From Octopus sinensis (taxonomy: Eukaryota): a DNA stretch of 64,000 nucleotides. The notes below the pieces were generated by a model that had not been told where the DNA came from, made no database searches, and saw only the letters and a list, made by a program, of their open reading frames with translations. Below, piece after piece: positions 10,542-22,054 of this stretch; the stretch's first letter is position 1; each line of letters begins with the position of its first letter. Location of the stretch: the NCBI RefSeq assembly GCF_006345805.1, contig NC_043026.1, positions 4,712,001 to 4,776,000 of the forward strand, in the 5' to 3' direction. A program made the position numbers and the translations under genes.

Positions 10542-13500
10542 TTATTTGTCAAAATAAAAGAAAGCAAAAGATTGACGTCCAGGAATAATTCCAAAAACCA
10601 TCAAAGAATTGTCTGAAACATCCAAACCAAGAACTTCATCGACTTCATTATCATCCCCTCTGAGGAGTAAATATTTTGGATTATCTTTTGATCTCAGGAT
10701 TTCAATATCTTCAGATGCTTCCTCTTCAATATGTCGAGGTATTTCGTAAATATTGTTTATTAAATCTGTTATATAAACACATTCACCAATTATGGTCAGA
10801 CGAGGTCTTGCAATATAATATTCCGGATTAATAAATATTTCTTCTTCTATTCTTATCTTCCTCACCAAAGACTTTTCCCTGAACCATTCAACAAAACACA
10901 AAACATCCCAATCTCCAGACTCCTTCTCCTCCATCTCCCTCCTCAAAACAACAACATCACCAAAAGATGTGACTCCCACATCTTCCACCCCTTCATCTCC
11001 CTTCAACCTTCCCCGTCTCCCCACCTTCCCACGACACACTTCATCTTTACATTTCCCATCTTTGATATCAACCACATCTACATAATAAGGGTCAAAGATG
11101 TAGGAGTCATTGCAAATATAGTAATACTTGTTGTTCGCCCATATTCTTTGGTATTTCTTGTCTCTCTCTTCTTGAGTTATGTCTCTAATATAATGACCAC
11201 CACACACGAGTTGATTGTCGTTGTATTTATAAATCCTGTTGTAGTATTTCTCAGTTCTGATGGTTTTTAAACGACGGAGATCCCTGTTGAAGACCCTCAT
11301 TTCTCTCCCAAAGGTGACAATGAAACATTCCTCTGTCCACCGACATATGTCCAGTGGTGGTCGTTGTTGTTGTTCATGTTGAAGTATGTCCACTGTTGTT
11401 GTTGTTGTTGTTCTGATTAATGTGACACTTTCTCGAAACATCAACACACTCACATTCTCATCTAACTTAATTAGTTTACTGTTCCGGTCCCTAATATCCC
11501 CACAATCATAATCAACAGGTTCCTCGATTGCAGGAATGGAAAAAGGGACCATTGCTGTTCTATATGGAAGTCTCCTCACTGATATTTCATCAATTCCTGA
11601 ATTATTAATCTCCGCTATGTAATTACCACATCTCACCTTTAATCTACCTTTACCAATTATTTCACCTGATTTACCTCCTCTTCTTCCTCCCCCATCTCCA
11701 TCTCCTCCTCTGTATTCCAATTTATTAATTAATTCATTACTGAATATTTCCTTGTTCGTTTCAGATGTAATGGAAGGGAAACGAAGACCAGAATCAAGAT
11801 TTAATAACGACACAGATTCCAGAATGTTCACTTGGTCCCCATCAATCTTTATGCAATGACATTCAATCAATTCATTATGTACACACCAGTAAATACCCGC
11901 CACTTTTCTCCATATTACACCATAAGGGATGAGACTCGACCAAACTTGAGATGTCTGCAAATCTTCTCCATTCAGTTGAAATATTTCTTTCCTTTTAGGA
12001 ACCGTGGCCATTATGTGTGATTCTTGTGTAAAACACACACCACCAACTAAACTTGCAACATTTCTGTGACATAGCAACTGGCCGTCTTCATCGAATATTT
12101 TAACATTTCCATTATTGGCTTTTTCACACACAACTGTCTTTCCTTCCTCAGAGACATCAAAATCTTTTACTTGAACAGGACATTCGTCTGTTTGTAAACG
12201 AGCAACCGGGAAGCTGTCTCGATTCACCATAAACAACCCTTCAACATACAATTCATTCCATCTCATTCCCTTCCTGGAGCTTCCAACAAACCTTGGTCCT
12301 TTACAGTCTATACTGGAGATATTTACTTCATCTTTATAAATTCTTTTATTTAAAAATATTCTCTCGTATTCCCCATTCTGGGTCAAACACAAAATGTTTC
12401 GATATCCAAATGAACCTAAATATTTCTCCCACCGACCATGAATGTACAAAAAACTGTCATCGATTGTCATCCTGTCAACACCACCAAAATACTGCATGTA
12501 GTGTCTGACTGAATGTAAATATTGACCACCACTGTTGAAGAAAATGATGAATCTTTCGTTGAAGACAATGATGACATCTTCATCAGTAACTTTAATATCC
12601 TGGATTGTATCAAAATAATTTCCATCTTCTCTTCTTTTTATTAATGGTTCAGGTATGTCTATTTGTTTTATTTCCTTCACACTCGAATGTATTTCATCAA
12701 TATCAACAAAATGCAAATGTCTTCCATCTCTCCGTTCACTAAAAACCAGTTGATTGTTTGAGAAAGAAGCCACACATTCATAATTATTTCTCGTTTGGTA
12801 AATTACCCACGACAATGGAAATTCCACTTTTAATGTCAACAGTTGGTGTTTATTATCATCTTCAGGATCCCAATTCGTAATGACCAGTGTGTTTGACTGC
12901 CATCGACACATTTTAATATATCTATAAACATTCACTTTGATTGAATCCAATAGGTGACCATCCAATGTGAATGTCTTAATGTTTCCATTCCTCTCGTCCC
13001 ATCCTGCAATCAGATTATTTTCAGTAAGAACCAAAGATTCAATCTTCGCTGGTTCTTTGTCTTCCAAATGTTCAGGGAGAGGAATATGTCTGGCTTTATC
13101 AGAAACTGTCAGGTCCTGTAGATATAAAGTGGAAGACAACATTTCACTGAGAGAAATGTTTCTTGAAAATACATCCACCAGGTCGATATAATAATTAAGT
13201 TGATTATTAGTAACGAGATCATTAACCAACAAATTCTGATCGTTTATGGCAAACATACGGCTTCTGTCTATCAGATAAACAGACGTTTGGTCAATAGATC
13301 CACATTGGAGACTGAGGGGACGTTTCACTTGGGACATTAAAACACTGGGGACCATCTGACGACTACCATGACCACCACCACCTATTCTAGTGTTGTACTG
13401 AAAAGCTTTTCCTCTAGTAACAATTAATAGCTTTTCTGTTTTCTTGTCTATTGATAATGATTTCACAAACACAGGGATATTAATTGTCTTAATTACTTCG

Positions 13501-15947
13501 ACTTGATTATAATAATTGATGGCTAAAATGTCTAAATGTGATGGTTTATCACAATAACAAACAATTTCACCTTCACCCATCTTACACACCCGTACATAAG
13601 GCTGCCTTAATGATACACTTCTCACTGTCTTTGATAGGTTTCCGATCACTCTTAATTGTTTCTGTAGGGGTAATGTGACCCCTATATGATTAGAATCCCA
13701 TCGACATATATCTGTAGCTGTAGACGGCAGAGATAATCTGGACACAATGTCTCCTTCCTCAGAAATGTACAACAAGTAATCATGGTTGATGTCGGACACC
13801 ACCAACTGTCCATTGGACAGATTACATATTTCGCCAATGACAAGTTTTTGGTCATTCTCCTTTTCTTTGAGTCGTAGATTTAGATTTCTGATATAAGGAC
13901 TTTTCGTGGGTAAACGGCAGCCAGACGACCGGTCTTGATACTTGTAAAGAAGAACCCTGTTGAGTTGAGTGTCCGGGACATAAAGAGTTCCTTGGAAAAC
14001 AGCTATGTGAGGGTGAACAGGGAAAGGCAGTTCCCACTGCCATTTCATTTGTCCATATAGATCGTAACATCTGAGAATAGAGTGTCTCCTGAAGAGGACA
14101 TAGAAATAAACATTATCAGAGTAGATGTGATGAGGGTAGCCATAGAATGGAAGGTACTTTTGAAAAAGTTCTTCACCACATGTGGAATAAAATACCATTT
14201 TATTTTCGCTTCCATCTACGACTACAAAATTAATTGGAGTTGCAGCAATGCTGACATTATGATCTCCCAGAGAAATTCTTTCTGCAATGTCAACTTTATC
14301 TTTGTGGATCAAGAGAATATGGACCTCACTTTTGTTTCCACTTGTGGTTAGAGCTAAACACTTATTTGATACAACATGACATAGTTTAATGTAATCAGTA
14401 TGGACTTTCATTAAAGGGCCTTTCATTAGCCCAGGGTATGTGATACACTGAAATTCTTTGCTTTCACGGTAAAACACCAGAAATCCTTTAGAATTCATTC
14501 TACAAAAGTAAGAAGGAATCTCAAGGAAAGTTGAATTATTTTGGTTAATTATTTCTCCAGTCTCAGTGAATAATATAGCTTTATTATTCCTGTAGAATAT
14601 TAATATAGAAGATGTAGACATAGGTAGAATATTAGTAATGTTGTAGCAGTCTTCAATATAAATATAGCTGTTCAATGTTGGGGTCCATAGCTGGGGGTTA
14701 TATGACTGCCTGGTCCAAAAGTCTTCATTTGTTCCAATGATATGAAGGACATCAAAATAATTGGTTACAAAAATATTTTCTCTGCCAACAGAAATATGGC
14801 GGCATTTCATGCCAATTTCTCTTGTTGTCACAGCACCTGTACCTGATATCCGATAAATAATATGTCCCTGAAGGACATAAAAATGGTTTTGGTAGACAGA
14901 GATGTGGCTTGGAATGTCCAGGGAATTGGTATCCACCTCAAATAACTGCTGGCCATCCACATTGTAACAGGTAACCCTGTTAATATTGGAAAAGGATACT
15001 AAGAGTTTATTTTGTGCTCCTACAGCAATATCTGAAGGGGTTTCTTTGGTTATGAATTCGTATTTTATTCTATTCTCTTCCCAGTCAATGACGTATATGG
15101 TCCGACCAAACATTTCTACACCTATAAGCGTAGAATGTTTCAAATAAGAAACCAAGATTAATCCTAGCTGAATTCTTTTGATTTCAAAACTTAAAGGGTT
15201 GATAATAAGAATCATCCTTCGAAATGGGAGGGTGGCCAGGACTGTGTCTTCACTGATTCTAGTAAAATCAGTGACAGAAGATGAGCAATGAACTTCATTT
15301 CTGTTGCCGTCTCTTGTTATACAACATATTGTCATAAAGTGGCGAGAATATGTTACAATACCCCCTTGTATGACAACGATATTGGATATTGGGTTGCTTA
15401 AGTCTTCACCAGATTCCTCAATCTCTACTTCTCTGGTCACAACTGGCCGAAGAGGACGAAATTTTGTGGTTACTTTTGGTGGTTCAATGGTCTTGTGGTT
15501 GTATGGGTTACAGGTGACATAAATGTCAAAGAGTCTTTGTTGAAACCAATCAAGGTTTTGGTGAACAAAATCATTATTTTGTTTTGCAAATTCCAGAAAT
15601 CTTGGCATTTTACGTTTGATATTACGTAAAATTCGAGATCCATTTAAACCCAGAGAGTGCATGTGATTACATTTATCCTTTACATAATCTATAAACGTAT
15701 TGATGTGGTCTGATTTGATTTGTGTTCGGTAACATGTCACAATATGAAGGAAACTTGGTAACATGAACTTTTCCTGTTCTTTAGATTTCTTTGTGTCTTT
15801 TCTTTCCTGTTCTTCTGTTTTCTTTGTGTTTTGTGTATGTAATATTTGGGTAAGAATTGGTGTAGTTTCCTTATAAATTGCTGTTGTATCACAGACTGTG
15901 GCAGGAATGAGAGCCAACATTTTGTTTTCTTCATTAATCTTCTCCAT
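10542..15947 (-). CDS. Large uninterrupted ORF (1801 aa): N-terminal helical region plus about six tandem NHL/TolB-like six-bladed beta-propellers (molluscan TRIM-C-terminus-like), no RING/B-box
   Basis: 5.4 kb stop-free in AT-rich DNA. ATG in AAAATGG context with an in-frame TAA 5 codons upstream. AATAAA overlaps the stop. A repeat-start motif recurs at aa ~186, 437, 704, 969, 1260 and 1489, e.g. IGEICNLSNGQLVVSDINHDYLLYISEEGDIVSRLSLPSTATDICRWDSNHIGVTLPLQKQL, VKDFDVSEEGKTVVCEKANNGNVKIFDEDG, PPLDICRWTEECFIVTF. Domain call is by eye. Confidence 0.88.
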   Translation of the reverse strand: MEKINEENKMLALIPATVCDTTAIYKETTPILTQILHTQNTKKTEEQERKDTKKSKEQEKFMLPSFLHIVTCYRTQIKSDHINTFIDYVKDKCNHMHSLGLNGSRILRNIKRKMPRFLEFAKQNNDFVHQNLDWFQQRLFDIYVTCNPYNHKTIEPPKVTTKFRPLRPVVTREVEIEESGEDLSNPISNIVVIQGGIVTYSRHFMTICCITRDGNRNEVHCSSSVTDFTRISEDTVLATLPFRRMILIINPLSFEIKRIQLGLILVSYLKHSTLIGVEMFGRTIYVIDWEENRIKYEFITKETPSDIAVGAQNKLLVSFSNINRVTCYNVDGQQLFEVDTNSLDIPSHISVYQNHFYVLQGHIIYRISGTGAVTTREIGMKCRHISVGRENIFVTNYFDVLHIIGTNEDFWTRQSYNPQLWTPTLNSYIYIEDCYNITNILPMSTSSILIFYRNNKAILFTETGEIINQNNSTFLEIPSYFCRMNSKGFLVFYRESKEFQCITYPGLMKGPLMKVHTDYIKLCHVVSNKCLALTTSGNKSEVHILLIHKDKVDIAERISLGDHNVSIAATPINFVVVDGSENKMVFYSTCGEELFQKYLPFYGYPHHIYSDNVYFYVLFRRHSILRCYDLYGQMKWQWELPFPVHPHIAVFQGTLYVPDTQLNRVLLYKYQDRSSGCRLPTKSPYIRNLNLRLKEKENDQKLVIGEICNLSNGQLVVSDINHDYLLYISEEGDIVSRLSLPSTATDICRWDSNHIGVTLPLQKQLRVIGNLSKTVRSVSLRQPYVRVCKMGEGEIVCYCDKPSHLDILAINYYNQVEVIKTINIPVFVKSLSIDKKTEKLLIVTRGKAFQYNTRIGGGGHGSRQMVPSVLMSQVKRPLSLQCGSIDQTSVYLIDRSRMFAINDQNLLVNDLVTNNQLNYYIDLVDVFSRNISLSEMLSSTLYLQDLTVSDKARHIPLPEHLEDKEPAKIESLVLTENNLIAGWDERNGNIKTFTLDGHLLDSIKVNVYRYIKMCRWQSNTLVITNWDPEDDNKHQLLTLKVEFPLSWVIYQTRNNYECVASFSNNQLVFSERRDGRHLHFVDIDEIHSSVKEIKQIDIPEPLIKRREDGNYFDTIQDIKVTDEDVIIVFNERFIIFFNSGGQYLHSVRHYMQYFGGVDRMTIDDSFLYIHGRWEKYLGSFGYRNILCLTQNGEYERIFLNKRIYKDEVNISSIDCKGPRFVGSSRKGMRWNELYVEGLFMVNRDSFPVARLQTDECPVQVKDFDVSEEGKTVVCEKANNGNVKIFDEDGQLLCHRNVASLVGGVCFTQESHIMATVPKRKEIFQLNGEDLQTSQVWSSLIPYGVIWRKVAGIYWCVHNELIECHCIKIDGDQVNILESVSLLNLDSGLRFPSITSETNKEIFSNELINKLEYRGGDGDGGGRRGGKSGEIIGKGRLKVRCGNYIAEINNSGIDEISVRRLPYRTAMVPFSIPAIEEPVDYDCGDIRDRNSKLIKLDENVSVLMFRESVTLIRTTTTTTVDILQHEQQQRPPLDICRWTEECFIVTFGREMRVFNRDLRRLKTIRTEKYYNRIYKYNDNQLVCGGHYIRDITQEERDKKYQRIWANNKYYYICNDSYIFDPYYVDVVDIKDGKCKDEVCRGKVGRRGRLKGDEGVEDVGVTSFGDVVVLRREMEEKESGDWDVLCFVEWFREKSLVRKIRIEEEIFINPEYYIARPRLTIIGECVYITDLINNIYEIPRHIEEEASEDIEILRSKDNPKYLLLRGDDNEVDEVLGLDVSDNSLMVFGIIPGRQSFAFFYFDK

Positions 15948-16365
15948 TTTATGAATATAGAATTATTATCTTTTTCTGTTAAATATATTCTTTTCTGTGG
16001 ATTTTGTTTTCTTCCTTTGGAATACAATTTATCTCTTCAAAATTCACTAATTTTTACATGAAAGCTGAAATTAAATGAAAACTTTATTAGTTTTGTGAAA
16101 AGCTTTTGATAAAATAATATTTACTTGATTCAATCAAAGAATTTCAAGGAAAACACACATTTCATTAAATACATTAAACAAATTGTTTATTTGACAGTGA
16201 AGTTAAACATTTAAACTGTTTTCAATGGAATAATCATTAGAAATAACACTTGAAGATATAAATACACCATTATCTTTATTGACTGAATATAAGTGATGGT
16301 GAAAAGTTTTGTAGTAAGAAGGAATATAAATATTTTGTTGAGGTTATTTCTACAGATATTATCAG

Positions 16366-16554
16366 TAGAAATTATAGCCAGGACTGATTTCCTGCTACAA
16401 CATTTCATATCGAAATGTCAGACAGAAACAAACAATGAGATCAAAGAGAAAAACATCTGTTGTTTGTTCTCATTGTTTATCTCATTGTTTGTTTACATCT
16501 GACATCTCGATAGGAAAGGTTTTAGCAAAAAATCAGAGCCAACTATAATTTCTA
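16366..16554 (-). ncRNA. Long imperfect RNA hairpin (76-nt arms, 37-nt loop) upstream of the propeller ORF
   Basis: Arms 16366-16441 and 16479-16554 are 62/76 identical as an inverted repeat. All 8 transitions form G-U pairs on the minus strand (70/76 paired). Confidence 0.55.
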
Positions 16555-18030
16555 TGGAATATCAATAGAATAATGTGAAAAACACTGCTAACAAAGTAGA
16601 ATGTGGTGTTGACTTCTAAAACGATTTAATATATTTTACAGGAATTTATGGTTGCATAATGAAATACCACGTCCCTACAAATCAGGAATATAAGTATTAT
16701 TAATAATTATATGCACTGGAAATGATGTGACAGTCATGGTTGGCTTGGTTTCCATCATATTTACTTGGATTAACAGATACCAATAAAGCTGGAGATGAAA
16801 CTGTTCTTAACCTGACAAATGCTGTAAATCTCTCAACATTTCAATATAATCCACACAATTATCATACACAACATTGATTAACTCGGAAAGCTTATCCAAA
16901 GATGGGCTTTCATATAATCACACTGATAGACAGCATGTTGAGAGGATCGTTATTATTTGTTGCTGATTGAGATCATAAAGATTGGTTAATGAATAAGCCC
17001 AATTAATGAAAGGTAGGTTCACCTTAATTATCTTTAATATAAGGGACAATGTTTGGGTAGCAATGAGAAAGATGTGTTTGTATGAAAAAGGGGTTTGGCA
17101 GGTGAAGTGTGTTTTGTTTTGTGTTAGGTGAGGAGTTATAACTTGGTGTAGTTTATTATGAAGTATTGGGGGTTTAATGAGGTGGATTAGGAAATATTGG
17201 TGGGGGTGTTTAATGACATTCTGGTGACCCATCATCATCAGAATGATCCTCCTTGGTCTATGAAATAATGACTGTTACTCTATTGACCCCAGGAGGAATG
17301 AAAAATAAAAGAGACCTTCTTCAGGATATACATACATATATATGTATATATGATAGAATGAATGTGTATAATATATACACAAGGATGCACATATGTATAT
17401 TTATACATCGATACGTCTGTATGTATGTATGATGATCATCATTTTACTCCCACTTTCCATGCTGGAATGGGTTGGATGGTTCAAAGAATATCTTGCCTGA
17501 AGTTACATTTTCTGGTTTTCTTTCTGCAGCTGGATGCTCTTCCTGACACCAACCACTGCACAATGTGCACTGGGTGCATCTTATGGCACCATCACTAGAG
17601 ACAATCGCCATGTCCTTGACAAAACTAAAGGTTACCCTCAATCTCTGGGTTTCACATATACCTTGGAATGTGTGAGAGATCTAGGGTAATAAATATATGA
17701 AAAGGAGTGGCTGAGTGTTGGGGAGAGACCCAGATACGTCCAGTAACATCCCTAGTTTCATTGGAAGAATGGTGAAGAGAAGAGATTTACTGCCAATCTT
17801 TGTCACAGCAGTAAGATAGTAGAGTAAAAAGAAGAAGAGAGAGTGATTGAGAGATGAAAGATAGAGGTGGGGGTGATAGGGGCGTGGCAGTAGGGACTCA
17901 AGGTCCGAGAGTTGACACTCATCAAACTGGTTTTTGGAGGTCTGGGAATATACCTCTAAAGAACCAGTTTGATAAGTGCCAATTAACGAAACTTTCGGAT
18001 CTTGGGTCACTTTGTTACTTCTGCTAAATA

Positions 18031-18066
<36 letters not shown>

Positions 18067-18069
18067 CAA

Positions 18070-19520
18070 AGGGCCTTAGAGTCAACCTACCTAAAACCAC
18101 AAATCCCTTCAGGTAGATGGCCTTGCTCGATCTGTAGTAGAGGCATAGGTAAAAATTCTATAAGATGTACCCAGTGTAAGCTATGGACACATAAGAGGTG
18201 CAGTAATATCAAAGGAAGGCTAACTGGGAAGATAGCTTTTGTGTGTGGCAGATGCTCGGGTGCAATAAACACTGAAAATGCGCAGAGAACAACTTCCGCC
18301 ACATTCCAGGAAGAAAAACTAGAAGTAGTTGATAGCTTCCATTACCTAGGTGACCAAGTCAGTAGCGGGGGTGGGTGCGCTGAAAATGTAACTGCTAGAA
18401 TAAGAATAGCTTGGGCAAAGTTCAGAGAGCTCTTACCTCTGCTGGTGACAAAGGGCCTCTCACTCAGAGTAAAAGGTTGACTGTATGACGCATGTGTACG
18501 AACCGCCATGCTACATGGCAGTGAAACATGGGATGTGACTGCTGAGGACAGGCGTAAGCTCGCAAGGAATGAAGTCAGTATGATCCAATGGATGTATAAT
18601 GTCAGTGTGCGTTCTCAACAGAGTGTAAGTACCTTGAGAGAAAAGTTGAACCTAAGAAGCATCAGATGGGGTGTGCAAGAGAGACAACTGTGCTGGTATG
18701 GTCATGTGGCAAGAATGGATGAGGATTGCTGTGTGAAAAAGTGCCACACCATAGTGGTTGTGGGAACCAGTGGAAGAGGTAGACCCAGGAAGACCTGAGA
18801 TGAAGTGGTGAAGCACGACCTTCAAACTTTAAGCCTCACCAAGGAAATGACTAGTGACTGCGACTTTTGGAAATATGCCATGCGTGAGAAGACCCGGCAA
18901 ACCAAATGTGACCATAACCTCATGGCCTATGCCAGGGGCATAACCAGCCCACTTATGCATACCTTTTCCTTCTTTGGACGACTTAAACTCTGCTTGTGAA
19001 GACCTGTTGATGCAAGTGAAATCAAAATCCAATTCGATGATTAGTGTCCGTAGCGGCTAACTGGCTTCCGTGCCAGTGGCACTTAAAAGGCACCATTCGA
19101 TTGTGATCGTTCCCAGCATCGCCTTACTGGCACTCGAGCCCTGTACTAGTAGGGTATTAAGAGCACCATCCTAGCGTGACCGTTGCCAGAGCGGATATCT
19201 GGCATCCGTGCTGTTGGCACATAACAGTCGCCATTCGAGCATGATAGTACCAGCATTGCCTTACTGGCACCTGTGCCGGTGGCATCTGTAAAAGATTTGA
19301 GCAAGGTCGTTACCAGTATCGCATGACTGGCCCCGTGCCAGTGACATGTAAAAGCACCCACTACACTCTCAATGGTTGGCGTTAGGAAAAGCATCCAGCT
19401 GTAGAAACTCTGCCAGATCAAGATTGAAGCCTGGTGCCGCCATCTGGTTCACCAGCCCTCAGTCAAATTGTCCAACCATGGTTGCATGGAAAGTGGATGT
19501 TAAACGATGATGATGATGAT
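18070..19520 (+). mobile_element. RTE-clade LINE 3' fragment with 3' UTR
   Basis: KLEVVDSFHYLGDQVSSGGG...RIRIAWAKFRELLPLL...MLHGSETW...WYGHVARMDED...GRGRPRKT with stops, followed by a repetitive UTR and a (GAT)n tail. Confidence 0.88.
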
Positions 19521-20754
19521 ATATACATACATACACATATACATAAATGGACATATGTAAATATATGAATATACCTTCACATACCCGTGTATAAATATTT
19601 GTGTCTATGTATGTTTTTAGATATGAATCAATGAATGACAAAAGAACAAGAGTTACGTAGACACCTTCATTAGCTTCCAGCTGTTTCTGCTACAGGAAGC
19701 AGTGAACTCGAGCTGAGTGTGTGTGCGCGTAGGTGTCTGTGCATTTGTTTATGTTTGCAATCTCTTTTAAGTTGCTCCAAGCAGAAACATCTGTCAACCA
19801 ATCACCCCCGCCTCGGAAGACATGGGAAATAAGAACTTTTGTTCTTGCAAAATGGTTTTGGGTAAGCAATAGGAAGGCTGTCTGTCTGTAAAACAAGGCT
19901 ACAATAATATATTCACCTAACCCATGCTAGCATACAAAATCAGATGTACAATCAAACATAAGTAAACCAATGTTTATTCATTCAGATACTCTTATGCACG
20001 CATAAACACACACACACACACACACACGTGTATGTGTGCATCTGGTGTTAAGAAGATCATCCAGCTGTAGAAATCTTGCCAAATCTTTCATTGGAGCTCA
20101 GCAATGTCCTCTGGTTCACTGCTTCCTCGTCAACTGTCCTACCCATGCCAGTTAGGGAAAATGGATGTGAAAACCTTTATAATACATTAGATGATGTATT
20201 TTCTTTTCTGTATTTTCTTTCTAATAATTTTGTTTTGTTTTTTGCCAGGTTCTTGTGAGTCCCACTCAGTCAAGTCTATGACTACACTCGATGAGGCTCA
20301 CCAATCGTCAGCTGGTTTCAAGCAAGAGAATATTTCCCCAAGTTCTTCCAACATGAACAGCACAATGGTTGGATATGTTTTCTGGTGGAACACTGCAAAC
20401 AAACGACTCTGTTTGTGTGACGTGACATTTGTTTATAATTCGCAGCAGATGTCAAGACAAGGAGACATGAGCAGACATACACACACACACACACACACAC
20501 ACATGCATACACATACAAGTACAAATGTAGATATGCATACATGAATATACACACACATGTATATACCATAGGCTTTATCAGTTCCATGTATGAAACCCAT
20601 TCACAAGGCTTGAGTCAACCTGGAACATTAGAAGAAGTTAATTCTTTAAGGTGCTGCAAAGTGGGACTGAACTTGAGACCACAAGGTTATGAAGTGAGTT
20701 TCTTAACCATACAGCCATGCCCCCCAACTTTTTTTGGTAATATTTTGAAGATAA

Positions 20755-21349
20755 TAATAATCCTTTCTACTATAGGCATAAGGCCTGAAATTTTGGGTAT
20801 GGGCACTAATTGATTACATCACCCCCAGCCCCTAACTGGTTCTTATTTTATCAATCCCAAAAGGACGAGGGGCAAAATCAACCTTGGTGGAATTTGAACT
20901 CAAAATGTAAACTTGGAAGAAATGATGCAAAGTATTTTGTCTGCCATTTTGTAACAATTCTGCTTGTTCATCACATTAATAATAATAATAATAAGAAGAA
21001 GAAGAAGAAGAAGAATATCAATAACTATAACAATAACAACATCAATAATAATAATATTAGCAGCAGCAGCAAAAACAACAACAACAGCAATGATTTCTTT
21101 TATTTTCTTTTAATATAATAAAAATGATTTCAAGTTTTGGCACAAGGCCAGCAAGTTCAAGGAAGGGTCCAGTCTATTACACTGACCCCAGTACTCAACT
21201 AGTACTTAATTTATCGATTCCCAAAAGGATGAGAGGCTAGGTCAACCTTGGTGGAATTTGAACTCAGAATGTAAAGATGGACAAAATGCCGCTCAACATT
21301 TTGCTTTGCATCCTCACAATTCTGCCAGCACGTCACAGTAATTATAATG

Positions 21350-21383
<34 letters not shown>

Positions 21384-21800
21384 TAATAATAATAATAATA
21401 CTTTCTTGCTATAGGCACAAGGCCTGAAATTTGGAGTGAGGGGACTAGTAAATTACATCGCTTCCAGTGCATAGCTGGAACTTATTGAATCGACCCCAAA
21501 AGGATGAAAGGCAAAGTTGACCTTGGTGGAATTTGAACTCAGAATGTAGTGGCAGATGAGTCATAATAATAATAATAATAATGGCTTTAAATTTTAACAG
21601 AAGGCCAGCTTGTTCTGGAGAGCAGGTAAATTGATTACATCGACCCCAGAACTCAAAAGGTACTTATTTTATTGACCCCAAAAGGATGAAGGTTGATGCC
21701 GGCAAAATTTAAACTCAGAGCGTTAAAGGCAAACAAATAGCTGCCTAGCATTTTGCCCAGCATGCTAACGATTCTGCCAGCTCACCACCCAAATTATAGT
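20755..21800 (-). mobile_element. Four head-to-tail tRNA-derived SINE copies separated by (AAT)n
   Basis: Repeated ggcacaaggcctgaaatt...gattacatcgacccc...aaaggatgaaaggcaaagt.gaccttggtggaatttgaactcag; the reverse complement has the B-box-like GAGTTCAAATTC. Confidence 0.8.
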
Positions 21801-22054
21801 AATAGTAATTAATAATAATAATGGTAATAGTAATTAATAATAATGATAACAACCCTTCCTTTCCTATTTTATATCCTTCATATGTCCTTCTCTTCTTTTA
21901 CTTTCTTCTCTCTCTCTCTCTTTCTCTCATTCCCTCTCTCCTTTTCAATATCAACTTCAACATTTTATTTCCCTTTTACATAAACATGTATATATTATGT
22001 GTGTGTGTGTATTTATATAGTGTACGTGTATATATGTATATATATTCTTTTATT

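Noticed and set aside
16080-17240. Non-repetitive sequence upstream of the giant ORF, tested as a lost TRIM RING/B-box or extra propeller
   Set aside because: The minus-strand frames I translated have frequent stops, no Cys/His spacing and no repeat signature.
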